A DNA stretch of 53,852 bases from Clostridiaceae bacterium (GCA_012522435.1 JAAYKK010000003.1:1-53852), one strand, 5' to 3'. Positions 8,807 through 19,126 are shown, numbered from the stretch's first letter. The notes: generated by a model from the letters alone, not told the origin. Translations and numbers: made by a program.

Positions 8807-9511
8807 ATGCCACAATTTGATATACAACAGATTTTAATCAGAATCTTAGTTCTGACATTATCACTTTCGGTACATGAGTATGCACATGCGAGAATGGCGT
8901 ATCATTTAGGGGATGATACTGCGGCAAGACAAGGTCGACTGACGATCAATCCGGCAAAACATATTGATCCGATTGGTGCAGTTGCTTTTGTAATTGCCGG
9001 CTTTGGTTGGGCAAGACCTGTTCCTGTAAATCCAGTCAATTTTGATCGCGAAAGAGTTAAAACCATGCGGTCCGGAATGATGCGTGTCGCTTTGGCAGGG
9101 CCTGTTTCAAACTTAATCATTGCATTTATTGCCAATTTCATCTATCAATTAGTTAACTTTATTCTAATTGCTTTGAACGTTCAAACTAAAACCGGTCTCT
9201 TGTTTTTTTGGCAAATATTGTTTGCAATCTTATTTACATTTTATTCAGCGAACATTTCTTTGGCCTTGTTTAACATGTTGCCAATACCGCCACTTGACGG
9301 TTCGAGAGTCTTAGGCGGTTTTTTGCCACAAAGAATCTACAATCAATATATGGCTTTACAGCGTTATTCAATGATGGTTTTATTTGCCCTAATTGTTTTT
9401 GGTGGGGGATTTATTGGAAGAATTTTAAGTTTTGTTGCTATTCCGATCGACTACATATTAAGAGTTCCTGTTGAGTCAATCTTTAATTTTCTAATCAATG
9501 CTGTCAGATAA
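8807..9511 (+). CDS. Site-2 protease, M50 family zinc metalloprotease
   Basis: HEYAH, AGPVSN, NMLPIPPLDG. Confidence 0.9.
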   Translation: MPQFDIQQILIRILVLTLSLSVHEYAHARMAYHLGDDTAARQGRLTINPAKHIDPIGAVAFVIAGFGWARPVPVNPVNFDRERVKTMRSGMMRVALAGPVSNLIIAFIANFIYQLVNFILIALNVQTKTGLLFFWQILFAILFTFYSANISLALFNMLPIPPLDGSRVLGGFLPQRIYNQYMALQRYSMMVLFALIVFGGGFIGRILSFVAIPIDYILRVPVESIFNFLINAVR

Positions 9512-9514
9512 ATA

Positions 9515-10342
9515 ATGAGTCAGTTTTTAACCGTAAACATTTCTGAATATGATAGTCCGCTCGATTTAATTTATCATTTGATAGAAGTCAGTGATATTGA
9601 TATTTATGACATACCAATTGCCGATATAACCGAGCAATACTTTATGGTAATCAAAAATAGTTCATTAGAAGAACTGGATATGGAACTAGCAAGCGAATTT
9701 CTGGTTATGGCAGCATCCCTGATGCAAATAAAATCAAGGATGCGTTTGCCTGATCAGAATGCCGATTCGCAAGGTGATGATTTTTCAGATCCCAGAGAAG
9801 AGTTGGTATTGCGTTTGCTAGCTTATAGACGTAATAAGCAGTTAGCAATTTATTTAGAAGATAATTTGACTTCTTTTCAAGGGGCTCAGACGAAAATGAG
9901 TGCTTCAGCAAAATCTTTAGGCTTGAGCATAGAACTGATCGAAGATAAAATATCAAGCGAGGCTTTTGATAATGCTGTAAGAAGTATTGTACAGAAAAAC
10001 AAGTTGCGTTTTAGTGACCAGAATCAAAGAATTAGAAGCTTGCTCAGACGTGAGAAGTTTTCTGTTCGGGATAAGATGGTTGAAATAATTAATCGAGTTT
10101 TCACTAAAACTCGAATGTTTTTTAATGAATTATTCCCGACTGCCAGGACCTCGAAAGCCGAGAGAGTGAGTGGATTTTTGGCCATTTTAGAGCTAATTAG
10201 GCAAGACAAGTTGACTGTAAAACAATCCAATCCTTTCGCAGTGATGATGATTGAATTAGATTCTGATCTGAAACATGAAATGGAAAATGGCCAATTGATC
10301 ACTGAAAACTCAAATAACGGTGAAGGGGAAGTCAATGAATAG
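9515..10342 (+). CDS. scpA: Segregation and condensation protein A
   Basis: PLDLIYHLI, IDIYDIPI, SEFLVMAA, IKSR, DPREELV, FLAILEL. Confidence 0.9.
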   Translation: MSQFLTVNISEYDSPLDLIYHLIEVSDIDIYDIPIADITEQYFMVIKNSSLEELDMELASEFLVMAASLMQIKSRMRLPDQNADSQGDDFSDPREELVLRLLAYRRNKQLAIYLEDNLTSFQGAQTKMSASAKSLGLSIELIEDKISSEAFDNAVRSIVQKNKLRFSDQNQRIRSLLRREKFSVRDKMVEIINRVFTKTRMFFNELFPTARTSKAERVSGFLAILELIRQDKLTVKQSNPFAVMMIELDSDLKHEMENGQLITENSNNGEGEVNE

Positions 10343-10886
10343 TGATTCGAAAGCAATTGCGTTGATTGAAGCTCTTTTGTTTGCTTCTGGAGATCCATTA
10401 AGTTTACAAAGCCTGGTAGATATTACAGACTTGTCTGAGACTGAAGTTATTGATTTATGTAGCAGACTTAGTGACAAATATGAGAATTTACCAGAATCAG
10501 GTTTAATGGTGAGACAGATTGAAAATACATATTGTATAACTACTAAACCGGAGTTTAAAGAATATATGGCGAGACTTTTTCGTCCTGAACATTTGCCGGG
10601 TTTATCCAATGCAGCTTATGAAACTTTAGCGGCAATCGCTTACAATCAACCGGTAACCAAAGCACAAATTGAATTAATTAGAGGTGTAAATTCTGATGGT
10701 TTAGTGAACCGATTGGTTGAAAGAGGTTATGTCGAAGAAATTGGAACTCTGGATTTACCGGGCAAACCTGTGATTTTTTCCACGACCCGCAAATTTCTAT
10801 TAGAATTTGGTCTTAAATCTACTGCAGATTTACCGAATGTGGATTTGTTAATGTATGATAATATTGAACGCTTGCAAGAGGAGTAA
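10335..10886 (+). CDS. scpB: SMC-Scp complex subunit ScpB
   Basis: IEALLFASG, LSNAAYETLAAIAYNQPVT, IRGV, FGLKS; ATG 10335 preferred over GTG 10320. Confidence 0.92.
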   Translation: MNSDSKAIALIEALLFASGDPLSLQSLVDITDLSETEVIDLCSRLSDKYENLPESGLMVRQIENTYCITTKPEFKEYMARLFRPEHLPGLSNAAYETLAAIAYNQPVTKAQIELIRGVNSDGLVNRLVERGYVEEIGTLDLPGKPVIFSTTRKFLLEFGLKSTADLPNVDLLMYDNIERLQEE

Positions 10887-10889
10887 TTT

Positions 10890-11585
10890 ATGGATAGACA
10901 TTTTTTAATTGCTATTGACGGACCTTCCGGTGCCGGGAAAAGTACTGTTGCACATGCCTTAGCTGAAGAATTTAACATTATGCATCTGGACACCGGTGCA
11001 TTGTTTAGAGCACTGGCTTATGCTGCACTCGAAGCTGGACTTGATTCACAAGATCCGGACCAAAGTGCTGCTCTGCTTGATCAAGTTACTCTGGAAATAA
11101 TTTTTAAGGATAAAAAACAAAAAGTACTTATCAATGGGAAAGATATAACATCAAAAATCAGAACAGAAGAAGTTTCTCTTGCGGCTTCAAATATTTCGGT
11201 TCATCCTACAGTCCGTAACTACATCCTTGAAAAGGAAAGGGAGTTAGCTGAAAAAGAATCATTTGTTTTAGATGGCAGAGACATCGGTACGGTCGTTCTT
11301 CCTAATGCCGACCTGAAAATATTTCTTCTTGCATCACCTGAAATCAGAGCACAAAGAAGGTTGTCAGATTTATTAAATGCCGGAATTTCAAATACTGATT
11401 ATGATCAAGTCTTAGAAGATATTAAAAAAAGAGATGCCCAGGACAGTAATCGAGATACAGCACCGACTAAAAAAGCAGATGATGCAATTTTGATAGATTC
11501 CAGCGAATTGTCATTAGAAGAGACGATCTCAATGATCAAAGATATTGTGGCTAAAAAGCTGGAAACAGGAAATCTCAATGGCTAA
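10890..11585 (+). CDS. cmk: Cytidylate kinase
   Basis: IAIDGPSGAGKST, DTGA, DGRDIGTVV, RDAQDSNR. Confidence 0.95.
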   Translation: MDRHFLIAIDGPSGAGKSTVAHALAEEFNIMHLDTGALFRALAYAALEAGLDSQDPDQSAALLDQVTLEIIFKDKKQKVLINGKDITSKIRTEEVSLAASNISVHPTVRNYILEKERELAEKESFVLDGRDIGTVVLPNADLKIFLLASPEIRAQRRLSDLLNAGISNTDYDQVLEDIKKRDAQDSNRDTAPTKKADDAILIDSSELSLEETISMIKDIVAKKLETGNLNG

Positions 11586-11616
11586 TATGTTTTTTGTATG
11601 AGGTTATTTTAAAAAT

Positions 11617-12309
11617 ATGCAACAGAAAAAGCAAAAAAATATTTATTATGCAGCGAATGCAAAATCCAAGCCTTTATTAACTCGTTTTATCACAAAATTT
11701 GTAGGTCTTATTGCACGAGTTCTGTATCGACCAAAATATCATAATCAGAAATACATACCGTTAGAGCAAAGCTATATGTTGCTTGGTAATCATCATTCGC
11801 TTTTGGATCCGGTTTTAATTCACTTGGGGATACCTGATTATGTGCACTGGGTAGCTAAAGAAGAATTGTTTAAAATTCCCGTGCTTTCGCGAATCTTGGA
11901 AAAATTGGAAATTATTCCGCTTCATCGGGGTAGAGTAGACCTGTCAGCAATGCGCCGCATCATTAAATGTTTACAAGAAGAAAAGATCATCGGCATCTTT
12001 CCTCAGGGAGGTCGTGTTGATTGGGAAAATTATCAATCTATTATGCCTCAAGCCGGAGTCGCTTCGATAGTTAACAGGTATCAAGCTGTAATAGTACCTT
12101 TCTATTGCCAAACACCGTATAAAATATTTCGTAAAAATCACGTATATTTCGGAGCACCATATTGTTTGAATCCAAGTCTTAATTTTAAAGATAAGAAAGC
12201 AATGAATCAGGAGATGGCAATTGAATTATTGCGTCAAAGCTATTCTATTGCAGATGTTTCTTATCAAATTCAAGATAATTCTCGAGTTTTAGAGCTTAAT
12301 AACTCTTAA
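11617..12309 (+). CDS. plsC: 1-acyl-sn-glycerol-3-phosphate acyltransferase
   Basis: NHHSLLDP (HX4D), AKEELF, IFPQG; follows cmk. Confidence 0.8.
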   Translation: MQQKKQKNIYYAANAKSKPLLTRFITKFVGLIARVLYRPKYHNQKYIPLEQSYMLLGNHHSLLDPVLIHLGIPDYVHWVAKEELFKIPVLSRILEKLEIIPLHRGRVDLSAMRRIIKCLQEEKIIGIFPQGGRVDWENYQSIMPQAGVASIVNRYQAVIVPFYCQTPYKIFRKNHVYFGAPYCLNPSLNFKDKKAMNQEMAIELLRQSYSIADVSYQIQDNSRVLELNNS

Positions 12310-12341
12310 TAGTTCTTCAAACTTCAATTTTGAGTAAAATA

Positions 12342-12369
12342 TTGCAAAACTGTATTACTTTGGTACAAT
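12342..12369 (+). promoter_or_regulatory. sigma-A-like promoter for rpsA
   Basis: TTGCAA (12342-12347), 16-nt spacer, TGnTACAAT (12361-12369). Confidence 0.55.
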
Positions 12370-12405
12370 GGTAGTTACGAGAATTTTTGGGAGGTTATCC
12401 ACTTA

Positions 12406-14127
12406 ATGACAGAGCAGTATGGGTTAGAAAATAACCAACAGGAAGAAAAAGAAATTCAAGCAACTGAAGCAGAAGCAAAAGAGATTGAATCTGAAGCTAG
12501 CGATCAACTTGAGCAAGAGGTAGAAGAGGGTACTCAAGCTGTTGAATCAGAGCAGACCGATGAAACTTCTGAAGTTGAAATTGAATCGGAAGAGAATTCG
12601 GTAGATTCTGAAGCAGTAGCTATCAGCGAAGATCAAGAGGAGTCAGCAGAAATTTCTGAGCCGCTTACAATTGAAGAGGTTGAAGCTGCAGATTTAGCAA
12701 AAATGGAAGCTGAAGAAAAAGAATTACCCCTTAAAGAGGATGGAGATATCGATTTTGAAGATTTTATCGATAATATTCCTGAATTAAAAAGAGGTACAAC
12801 AGTTACAGGTACTATTACCAGTTATGATGACGAATTTGTTTATGTCGATGTCGGTGATAAATCTGAAGGTAAAGTGAAAATTCATGAATTCAGAGGAGAT
12901 CCTGATTTTGATTTGGATCAAGCATGCGAAGAACGTCAAGCTGTTGAAGTTTATGTTCGAAGAATTCGGATGACTGATTCAGGTAAAGAAATTGAGTTGT
13001 CAAAAGCCCAAGTTGATTTTAATAAACATAAAGATATAGTAGAACAGGCTTTTAAAGATAAAACTCCTTTAAAAGTTAAAGTAACAAACATTGTTCGTGA
13101 CGGTGTTATTGCATCTTTTGGCAGTGTTGATATGTATATTCATAGAACACAGTTAGAGTTACAAATTGTCGAAGATCTTAATTCCTACTTAAATCAAGAA
13201 CTGGATGTTTTGGTTACTCAATATGATGATTTAAGAAGAAGATTGCGCGTTTCCGCTTCAAGAAGATCCTTATTGCAACATGAACGTCGTGAAAAAGCCA
13301 AACACTTCTGGGATACAATCGAAGTTGGCAAGGAATACGAAGGTGTTGTACGCAACTTAACCGATTTTGGTGCATTTGTTGATATTGGTGGTGTTGACGG
13401 TTTAGTACATATCAGTGAATTGTCATGGGAACGTATTGATAAACCATCTGATGTCGTTTCTGTAGGTGATCATATCTTGGTTCGTGTTCTTGATTTTGAT
13501 CAAGATAGGAATCGTGTATCTTTAGGTTTCAAACGTCCAGAAAACGATCCATATCGTGACTTGGAAAATCGTTTTCCAATTGGCTCAATTGTCCGCGGAG
13601 TAGTTGTCAGAATGTTCCCGTTTGGCGCTTTTGTAGAAATTGCTCCGGGTGTAGATGCATTATGTCATATTTCACAAATTTCTGATTATCGTTTGAATAG
13701 ACCTGAAGATGTATTGCAAGAAGGAATGGAGATTGATGCAAGAGTATTAGATGTGAACAATGAAGAACGTAAAATCTCAATCAGCATCAGAGAAGTTGAA
13801 CCGATCAATCCTGAAAATATTGAGGATTTACAGGAACAGGCTCCTCCTAGACGCAGACGTCGCCCAAGAAGAGAAAATGATAGGCCAAGACAACAAACCG
13901 ATGATAGTCAGTCCGATTCTACTACCGCCTATTCAGATGTTCCGACCGGAGGCTCTACACTTTCATCTCTAGCAGCTATTACATATACTGATTCTGATCT
14001 TGAAGATGAAGACGATGTTTCTGAAGAGACTCTTAACTCTGAAGATTCAGTTGAAGAAGTTGTTGTAGAAGAGTCTGTCGAACAAACTGAGGATGCAGAA
14101 GAAACTGTTGAAGACGGTAATGAATAA
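12406..14127 (+). CDS. rpsA: 30S ribosomal protein S1 (four S1 domains) with long acidic N- and C-terminal tails
   Basis: FGAFVDIGGVDGLVHISELSW and FGAFVEIAPGVDALCHISQI repeats; follows cmk-plsC; RBS GGAGG. Confidence 0.9.
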   Translation: MTEQYGLENNQQEEKEIQATEAEAKEIESEASDQLEQEVEEGTQAVESEQTDETSEVEIESEENSVDSEAVAISEDQEESAEISEPLTIEEVEAADLAKMEAEEKELPLKEDGDIDFEDFIDNIPELKRGTTVTGTITSYDDEFVYVDVGDKSEGKVKIHEFRGDPDFDLDQACEERQAVEVYVRRIRMTDSGKEIELSKAQVDFNKHKDIVEQAFKDKTPLKVKVTNIVRDGVIASFGSVDMYIHRTQLELQIVEDLNSYLNQELDVLVTQYDDLRRRLRVSASRRSLLQHERREKAKHFWDTIEVGKEYEGVVRNLTDFGAFVDIGGVDGLVHISELSWERIDKPSDVVSVGDHILVRVLDFDQDRNRVSLGFKRPENDPYRDLENRFPIGSIVRGVVVRMFPFGAFVEIAPGVDALCHISQISDYRLNRPEDVLQEGMEIDARVLDVNNEERKISISIREVEPINPENIEDLQEQAPPRRRRRPRRENDRPRQQTDDSQSDSTTAYSDVPTGGSTLSSLAAITYTDSDLEDEDDVSEETLNSEDSVEEVVVEESVEQTEDAEETVEDGNE

Positions 14128-14182
14128 TTATTGAATGAAATATTTTTGTTCGAATAAAATTTTCTATAATATTTAGAAATGT

Positions 14183-14211
14183 CCGGAGTTCATTTATGAA
14201 CTCCGGTTTTT
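14183..14211 (+). terminator. Intrinsic terminator after rpsA
   Basis: CCGGAGTTCAT-TT-ATGAACTCCGG perfect inverted repeat followed by TTTTT. Confidence 0.85.
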
Positions 14212-14240
14212 ATTATATAAATTAACATGTGAGGTTTAGT

Positions 14241-16094
14241 ATGCTAACAAGTACCTTATTTAAATTTGCCGATAAGTTTGATTGGCAAATAACAGCTGAT
14301 CAGGATTTCATTTTTGGTGAACAAAAAGGATATTTGTATTCACTGATGTCCGGAAATAATTTTACTGCAATATTCACCCCGGTTTCTGCCCTTAAGGTGG
14401 AGGATACTGACAAGTTATTTGATTGGTTGGAAGCAAATGAAAATAAATATAATTTTTTCAATTATCAGATTACGGATAATTTTCTTTGTCTGAGATTAAA
14501 AGAAAGTTTATTTCACAGATCAGTTGATTCTTTAATGGAAACGATCGAAGATATTTCCAATCTATTTGAACAGCTTGATTTGACCAGCGAAGTTTGTGTT
14601 GTTTGCGGAGAATCGGCAACTGAAGTAGATCAAGGTTTATATCTTGATTTGTTTTGTTATTTACACCAAGACTGTGAGTATAAGCAGGGTATAGATGTTG
14701 CCGCTGAATATGAAAAAGTTTTAGCTGCGGAAGTGTCGGCTTATGCAAATGATAATGCTGTGGATCAAGATAGAATAAAAGAACTTGCCGCTAAAATGGA
14801 CGATTATAAAACAGATTTTCTAAAAGATCTTGAAGAAATTTTGGCAGTACCTAGTGTTAATGGGATACCAACTGAGACAGCACCTTATGGAGAATCAACA
14901 GCCGAAGCTTTAGCGGTGTTTTTAGATCAGGCTGAAAAATTAGGCTTCACTACAAAAAATCTTGATAATCATGCAGGTTATGCTGAATTTGGCTCCGGTG
15001 ATAAAATGATCGGTATTTTAGTACATTTGGATGTTGTTCCTGCCGATGAGGGCTGGGATCATTCACCTTTTGAGGGCAGATTAATAGATGGCAAGCTTTA
15101 TGCTAGAGGAGTTGCTGACAATAAAGGCCCGGCGATAGCTTCCTTATATGCAATGAAGGCTTTATTAGATGAAGGTTATCAACCTCCTTGTAGGATAAGA
15201 CTGATCATCGGTTTGAATGAAGAGAGTGGTTTTGGTTGTATGAAACATTACAATCAAGTTGAAGAGACTCCTGTCTCCGGCTTTGTACCTGATGCAACTT
15301 TTCCTGCGGTTTATGCTGAAAAAGGTATTCTGCAAATTAACTATCATTTAAAACGAGAATTACCTGATACTGAGATAAAGTTATTGGGAATGCAAGGTGG
15401 CGAAGCGGCAAATATGGTACCTCAATCTTGTAGGTATGTTTTGCAAATTGATTCTCAGAACAAAATCGAGAAAGAAATTTCCGGTAAGGCAAGTCATGCC
15501 AGCAGACCTGAGTTAGGTGACAATGCAATTGTAAAAGCTATAAAGTCAATTCTTGAAGATTATCCTATGTGGCAAGATCCATTAGCAGGATTAATCAGAA
15601 CTTATTTTAATGATTATATTAATGGACAAGATTTTGAGCTTGCTTGCACTGATCACAGTGGTGCATTAACTTTGAATTTAGGAGTTATTGATCTGACTGA
15701 GTCTGATATCAATTTAGTTATAGATATCAGATATCCGGTAACAGAATCTGGTGAAAAAATTGTTGCTAAACTGGATGCCAAAATGGCAGAATTCGGATTT
15801 GCAAGAACTGATTTTACTGATTCAGTACCATTAAATTTAGGTAAAGATTCTAAGCTGGTTACAACGGTAATGGATGTCTACAATAGAGCGATGAATAGTT
15901 CTGAAGAGGCTGTAGCTATGGGCGGAGGTACCTATGCCAGAGCGATTCCTAATGTCTTAGCTTTCGGAGCTGTGTTTCCGGGAACACCGGATGTTATGCA
16001 TCAAGTAGATGAACATGTTGAATTGGATCATTTGTATGCAGCTTCCTATATATATAGAGAAACAATAAAAGCACTTGCCGAAAACGAAAGATAA
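14241..16094 (+). CDS. pepV: M20 (PepV/Sapep-like) dipeptidase fused to an N-terminal domain of about 180 aa
   Basis: HLDVVP, RGVADNKGP, NEESG, PDATFP, GGGTYAR, MHQVDE; start ATG 14241 after GAGG. Confidence 0.85.
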   Translation: MLTSTLFKFADKFDWQITADQDFIFGEQKGYLYSLMSGNNFTAIFTPVSALKVEDTDKLFDWLEANENKYNFFNYQITDNFLCLRLKESLFHRSVDSLMETIEDISNLFEQLDLTSEVCVVCGESATEVDQGLYLDLFCYLHQDCEYKQGIDVAAEYEKVLAAEVSAYANDNAVDQDRIKELAAKMDDYKTDFLKDLEEILAVPSVNGIPTETAPYGESTAEALAVFLDQAEKLGFTTKNLDNHAGYAEFGSGDKMIGILVHLDVVPADEGWDHSPFEGRLIDGKLYARGVADNKGPAIASLYAMKALLDEGYQPPCRIRLIIGLNEESGFGCMKHYNQVEETPVSGFVPDATFPAVYAEKGILQINYHLKRELPDTEIKLLGMQGGEAANMVPQSCRYVLQIDSQNKIEKEISGKASHASRPELGDNAIVKAIKSILEDYPMWQDPLAGLIRTYFNDYINGQDFELACTDHSGALTLNLGVIDLTESDINLVIDIRYPVTESGEKIVAKLDAKMAEFGFARTDFTDSVPLNLGKDSKLVTTVMDVYNRAMNSSEEAVAMGGGTYARAIPNVLAFGAVFPGTPDVMHQVDEHVELDHLYAASYIYRETIKALAENER

Positions 16095-16103
16095 TGCTAC
16101 TAT
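16075..16103 (+). promoter_or_regulatory. Promoter of rpsB-tsf, overlapping the pepV 3' end
   Basis: TTGCCG, 17-nt spacer, TGcTACTAT extended -10. Confidence 0.6.
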
Positions 16104-16111
16104 TGCTGAGG

Positions 16112-16190
16112 CAATACACACGCAGGACTAACCCTGTTGCTAAATCAATGATTTGGTGAACTTGTTCTGCGGAGGGAAAAACAGGAGGAA
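16112..16190 (+). promoter_or_regulatory. rpsB (S2) leader RNA, putative autogenous control element
   Basis: ACACACGC...GCGGAGG...AGGAGG pattern seen in Firmicute rpsB 5' UTRs; CGCAGGA (16121-16127) pairs with TTCTGCG (16165-16171). Confidence 0.65.
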
Positions 16191-16197
16191 TTTTTGT

Positions 16198-17010
16198 ATG
16201 GCTATTATTTCTATGAAACATCTGCTTGAAGGCGGTGTTCATTTTGGACATCAGACTCGTAGATGGAATCCTAAGATGGCAGAATACATCTTTACAGAAC
16301 GTAACGGTATTTACATCATTGATCTACAACAAACCGTAACTAAGATTGAAAAAGCATATATGTTTGTACGTGATACGGTAATGAGTGGGGGTCATATTCT
16401 TTTTGTAGGTACTAAAACTCAAGCACAAGAGTCAATTAAAGAAGAAGCTGAACGTTGCGGTATGTATTACGTTAACAATCGCTGGTTAGGCGGCACTTTA
16501 ACTAATTATGTGACAATTAAGAAAAGTATCAGAAGATTAAAAGAACTTGAAGAAATGCAATATAATGGTATGTTCGACGTTCTACCCAAAAAAGAGGTTT
16601 CTCAGCTGAATCTCGAAATGGATAAACTCGAAAGAAATCTGGGTGGTATTAAAGATATGCCGGGATTACCTAATGCTATTTTTGTTATTGATCCTAACAA
16701 AGAACAAATTGCAGTTCATGAAGCAAATCGTCTTAATATTCCGGTCATCGCCATTGTGGATACAAATTGCGATCCTGATCCGGTTGATTTTGTTATTCCG
16801 GGTAATGATGATGCAATCAGAGCTATCCGTTTAATCACTGCAACGATGGCAAATGCTGTTATTGAGGGCAATCAGGGTGAACAAATGTCTGATGTCCCGG
16901 AAGAATTGCTGGATCCTACAACCGAAACAGATCAAGTTGAAACAGAAGTTTCTGATGCAGTAGATAATGAAGATGCTGAAACAGTTGAAGCAGAAGTTAC
17001 TGAAGATTAA
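16198..17010 (+). CDS. rpsB: 30S ribosomal protein S2
   Basis: [34 protein letters not shown]; start ATG 16198 after AGGAGG. Confidence 0.98.
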   Translation: MAIISMKHLLEGGVHFGHQTRRWNPKMAEYIFTERNGIYIIDLQQTVTKIEKAYMFVRDTVMSGGHILFVGTKTQAQESIKEEAERCGMYYVNNRWLGGTLTNYVTIKKSIRRLKELEEMQYNGMFDVLPKKEVSQLNLEMDKLERNLGGIKDMPGLPNAIFVIDPNKEQIAVHEANRLNIPVIAIVDTNCDPDPVDFVIPGNDDAIRAIRLITATMANAVIEGNQGEQMSDVPEELLDPTTETDQVETEVSDAVDNEDAETVEAEVTED

Positions 17011-17045
17011 TTAATTAGACATTTTATAATAAAGGAGGCAGTTTA

Positions 17046-17699
17046 ATGGCAAAAATTACTGCAGCTATGGTAAAAGAATTACGTGAATTAACCGGTGCAG
17101 GCATGATGGATTGTAAAAATGCACTTGCGGCATCTGATGGTGATCAACAAAAAGCAATCGCTTGGCTGAGAGAAAAAGGTATGGCCGGTGCTGATAAAAG
17201 ATCCGGTAAAGTGGCAGCTGAAGGAGTTGTTGATTCTTATATTCACGGTGATGGCAGAATCGGTGTATTGATTGAAGTTAATATCGAAACAGATTTTGCA
17301 GCTAAAAATGAAGAATTTAGACAAATGGTTAAAGATATTGCTATGCAAGTAGCATCAATGAATCCTGCATATCTGAGCCGTGAAGATATACCGGAAGATG
17401 TTTTGGAAAATGAGAGAGAGATTGCTCGTAATCAAGCTCTTAATGAAGGAAAGCCGGAACATATTGTAGATAAGATTGTTGAAGGACGTCTAGAAAAATT
17501 CTATGAAAACAGTTGTTTATTAGATCAACCGTTTATCAAAGATGAAGATAAAACCGTCAACACTCTGGTAAAAGAGTTAATTGCCAAGATCGGTGAAAAT
17601 ATTCAAGTTCGTCGTTTTACAAGATATGAATTAGGCGAAGGAATCGAAAAAGTCGAAGAAGATTTCGCTGAAGAAGTTGCTAAGCAAATGCAACAATAA
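17046..17699 (+). CDS. tsf: Elongation factor Ts (short form)
   Basis: [38 protein letters not shown]. Confidence 0.97.
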   Translation: MAKITAAMVKELRELTGAGMMDCKNALAASDGDQQKAIAWLREKGMAGADKRSGKVAAEGVVDSYIHGDGRIGVLIEVNIETDFAAKNEEFRQMVKDIAMQVASMNPAYLSREDIPEDVLENEREIARNQALNEGKPEHIVDKIVEGRLEKFYENSCLLDQPFIKDEDKTVNTLVKELIAKIGENIQVRRFTRYELGEGIEKVEEDFAEEVAKQMQQ

Positions 17700-17711
17700 T
17701 TAATATTTAAG

Positions 17712-17739
17712 AGGTGTGCACAAAGCACACCTTTTTTTT
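17712..17739 (+). terminator. Intrinsic terminator after tsf
   Basis: AGGTGTGC-ACAAA-GCACACCT followed by a T run. Confidence 0.85.
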
Positions 17740-17759
17740 AGAAAAAATAAGGAGTCCAC

Positions 17760-18467
17760 ATGAAATATAACAGAGTAATGTTGAAGCTAAGTGGTGAGTC
17801 TTTAGCAGGACAATCTCGTACAGGTATTGATGATGCTAAAGTACAACAAACAGCAAAAATGATTGCTGATATTCATGCCTTGGGAATTGAATTGTCCGTG
17901 GTGATAGGTGGCGGCAACTTTTGGCGTGGACGGACCAATCCTCATATGGATAGAGTTACAGCTGACCAAATAGGCATGTTAGCGACCACGATGAATGCGA
18001 TGACAGTAGCCGATGCTGTGAGCAAATTAAAAGTAGACTGTAGAGTGTTAAATGCGATCAGCATGCCGACAATCAGTGAACCTTATATTCAAAAAAAAGC
18101 TATACGATATTTGGAAAACAATACCGTATTGTTTTTTGCCGGGGGGACCGGCAGCCCTTTCTTTTCTACCGATTCAGGTGCTGCTTTGAGAGCTGCAGAG
18201 ATTTCTGCCGATGTTGTGTTAAAGGCAACGCAAGTAGACGGAGTATATGATAAGGATCCCAATAAATATGCCGATGCTAAACGCTATTCCGAAATAAGTT
18301 TAAGTGAAGTAATGGCTAAAGGACTAAATGTGGTTGATTCCACTGCTGCCGCTCTTTGCCGGGACAATAATATTCCTTTAATAGTATTTAGTATTGAAGA
18401 TTCCAATAATGTTATTCGTATTTTAAAAGGTGAAAATATCGGTACAATTGTTAATCCCCAAGATTAG
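17760..18467 (+). CDS. pyrH: UMP kinase
   Basis: LKLSGE, GGGNFWRG, DQIGMLAT, FSTD, DGVYDKDP. Confidence 0.96.
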   Translation: MKYNRVMLKLSGESLAGQSRTGIDDAKVQQTAKMIADIHALGIELSVVIGGGNFWRGRTNPHMDRVTADQIGMLATTMNAMTVADAVSKLKVDCRVLNAISMPTISEPYIQKKAIRYLENNTVLFFAGGTGSPFFSTDSGAALRAAEISADVVLKATQVDGVYDKDPNKYADAKRYSEISLSEVMAKGLNVVDSTAAALCRDNNIPLIVFSIEDSNNVIRILKGENIGTIVNPQD

Positions 18468-18468
18468 G

Positions 18469-18498
18469 TTGAATCATTCTTTGCTAATTATGTATAAT
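18469..18498 (+). promoter_or_regulatory. sigma-A-like promoter for frr
   Basis: TTGAAT, 18-nt spacer, TATAAT. Confidence 0.55.
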
Positions 18499-18526
18499 GT
18501 AAGCATCAAATAACGGAGGATTTTTT

Positions 18527-19099
18527 ATGACCGAAATTACTGTTAATCAACAATCCTTAAAACCTTATGAAGACAAAATGAAAGTCGCTCTCAGGGTTCT
18601 AGATGAAGATTTCAATACAATTAGAGCAGGCAGAGCAAATCCGCGTGTTTTAGATAAGATAACCGTCGATTATTATGGAGTAGAGTCTCCGCTCAACCAA
18701 GTTGCCAATATACAGGTACCTGAAGCAAGGATGATTACAATTCAACCTTGGGAAACAAATATGTTAAAAGAGATTGAACGAGCAATCAACATGTCTGATC
18801 TAGGTATTAATCCGCAAAGTGACGGAAAATTAATTCGATTAGTGTTTCCTCAATTAACTGAAGAGCGTCGTAAAGAATTAGCTCGTGAAGTCAGCCAATT
18901 AGGAGAACAATCAAAAGTTTCAATCAGAAATGTGAGAAGAGAAGGTATTGATACCTACCGCACTCATGAGAAAGACAATAAAATCAGTGAGGATCAACTA
19001 TATAAATTCGAACAGAAAATGCAAGATCTGACTGATAAATATACAGCTGAGATTGATAAAGCGGTTGAAAATAAAGAAAAAGAATTAATGGAAATCTAA
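18527..19099 (+). CDS. frr: Ribosome recycling factor
   Basis: IRAGRANP, DYYG, LTEERRKEL, IRNVRR. Confidence 0.97.
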   Translation: MTEITVNQQSLKPYEDKMKVALRVLDEDFNTIRAGRANPRVLDKITVDYYGVESPLNQVANIQVPEARMITIQPWETNMLKEIERAINMSDLGINPQSDGKLIRLVFPQLTEERRKELAREVSQLGEQSKVSIRNVRREGIDTYRTHEKDNKISEDQLYKFEQKMQDLTDKYTAEIDKAVENKEKELMEI

Positions 19100-19126
19100 T
19101 TCAAAAAGGCAATATACTGTTTTCAC

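Noticed and set aside
17046-17699. EF-Ts of only 217 aa as a possible truncation
   Set aside because: The short EF-Ts form is established in many Clostridia, Thermus and cyanobacteria; both termini are intact
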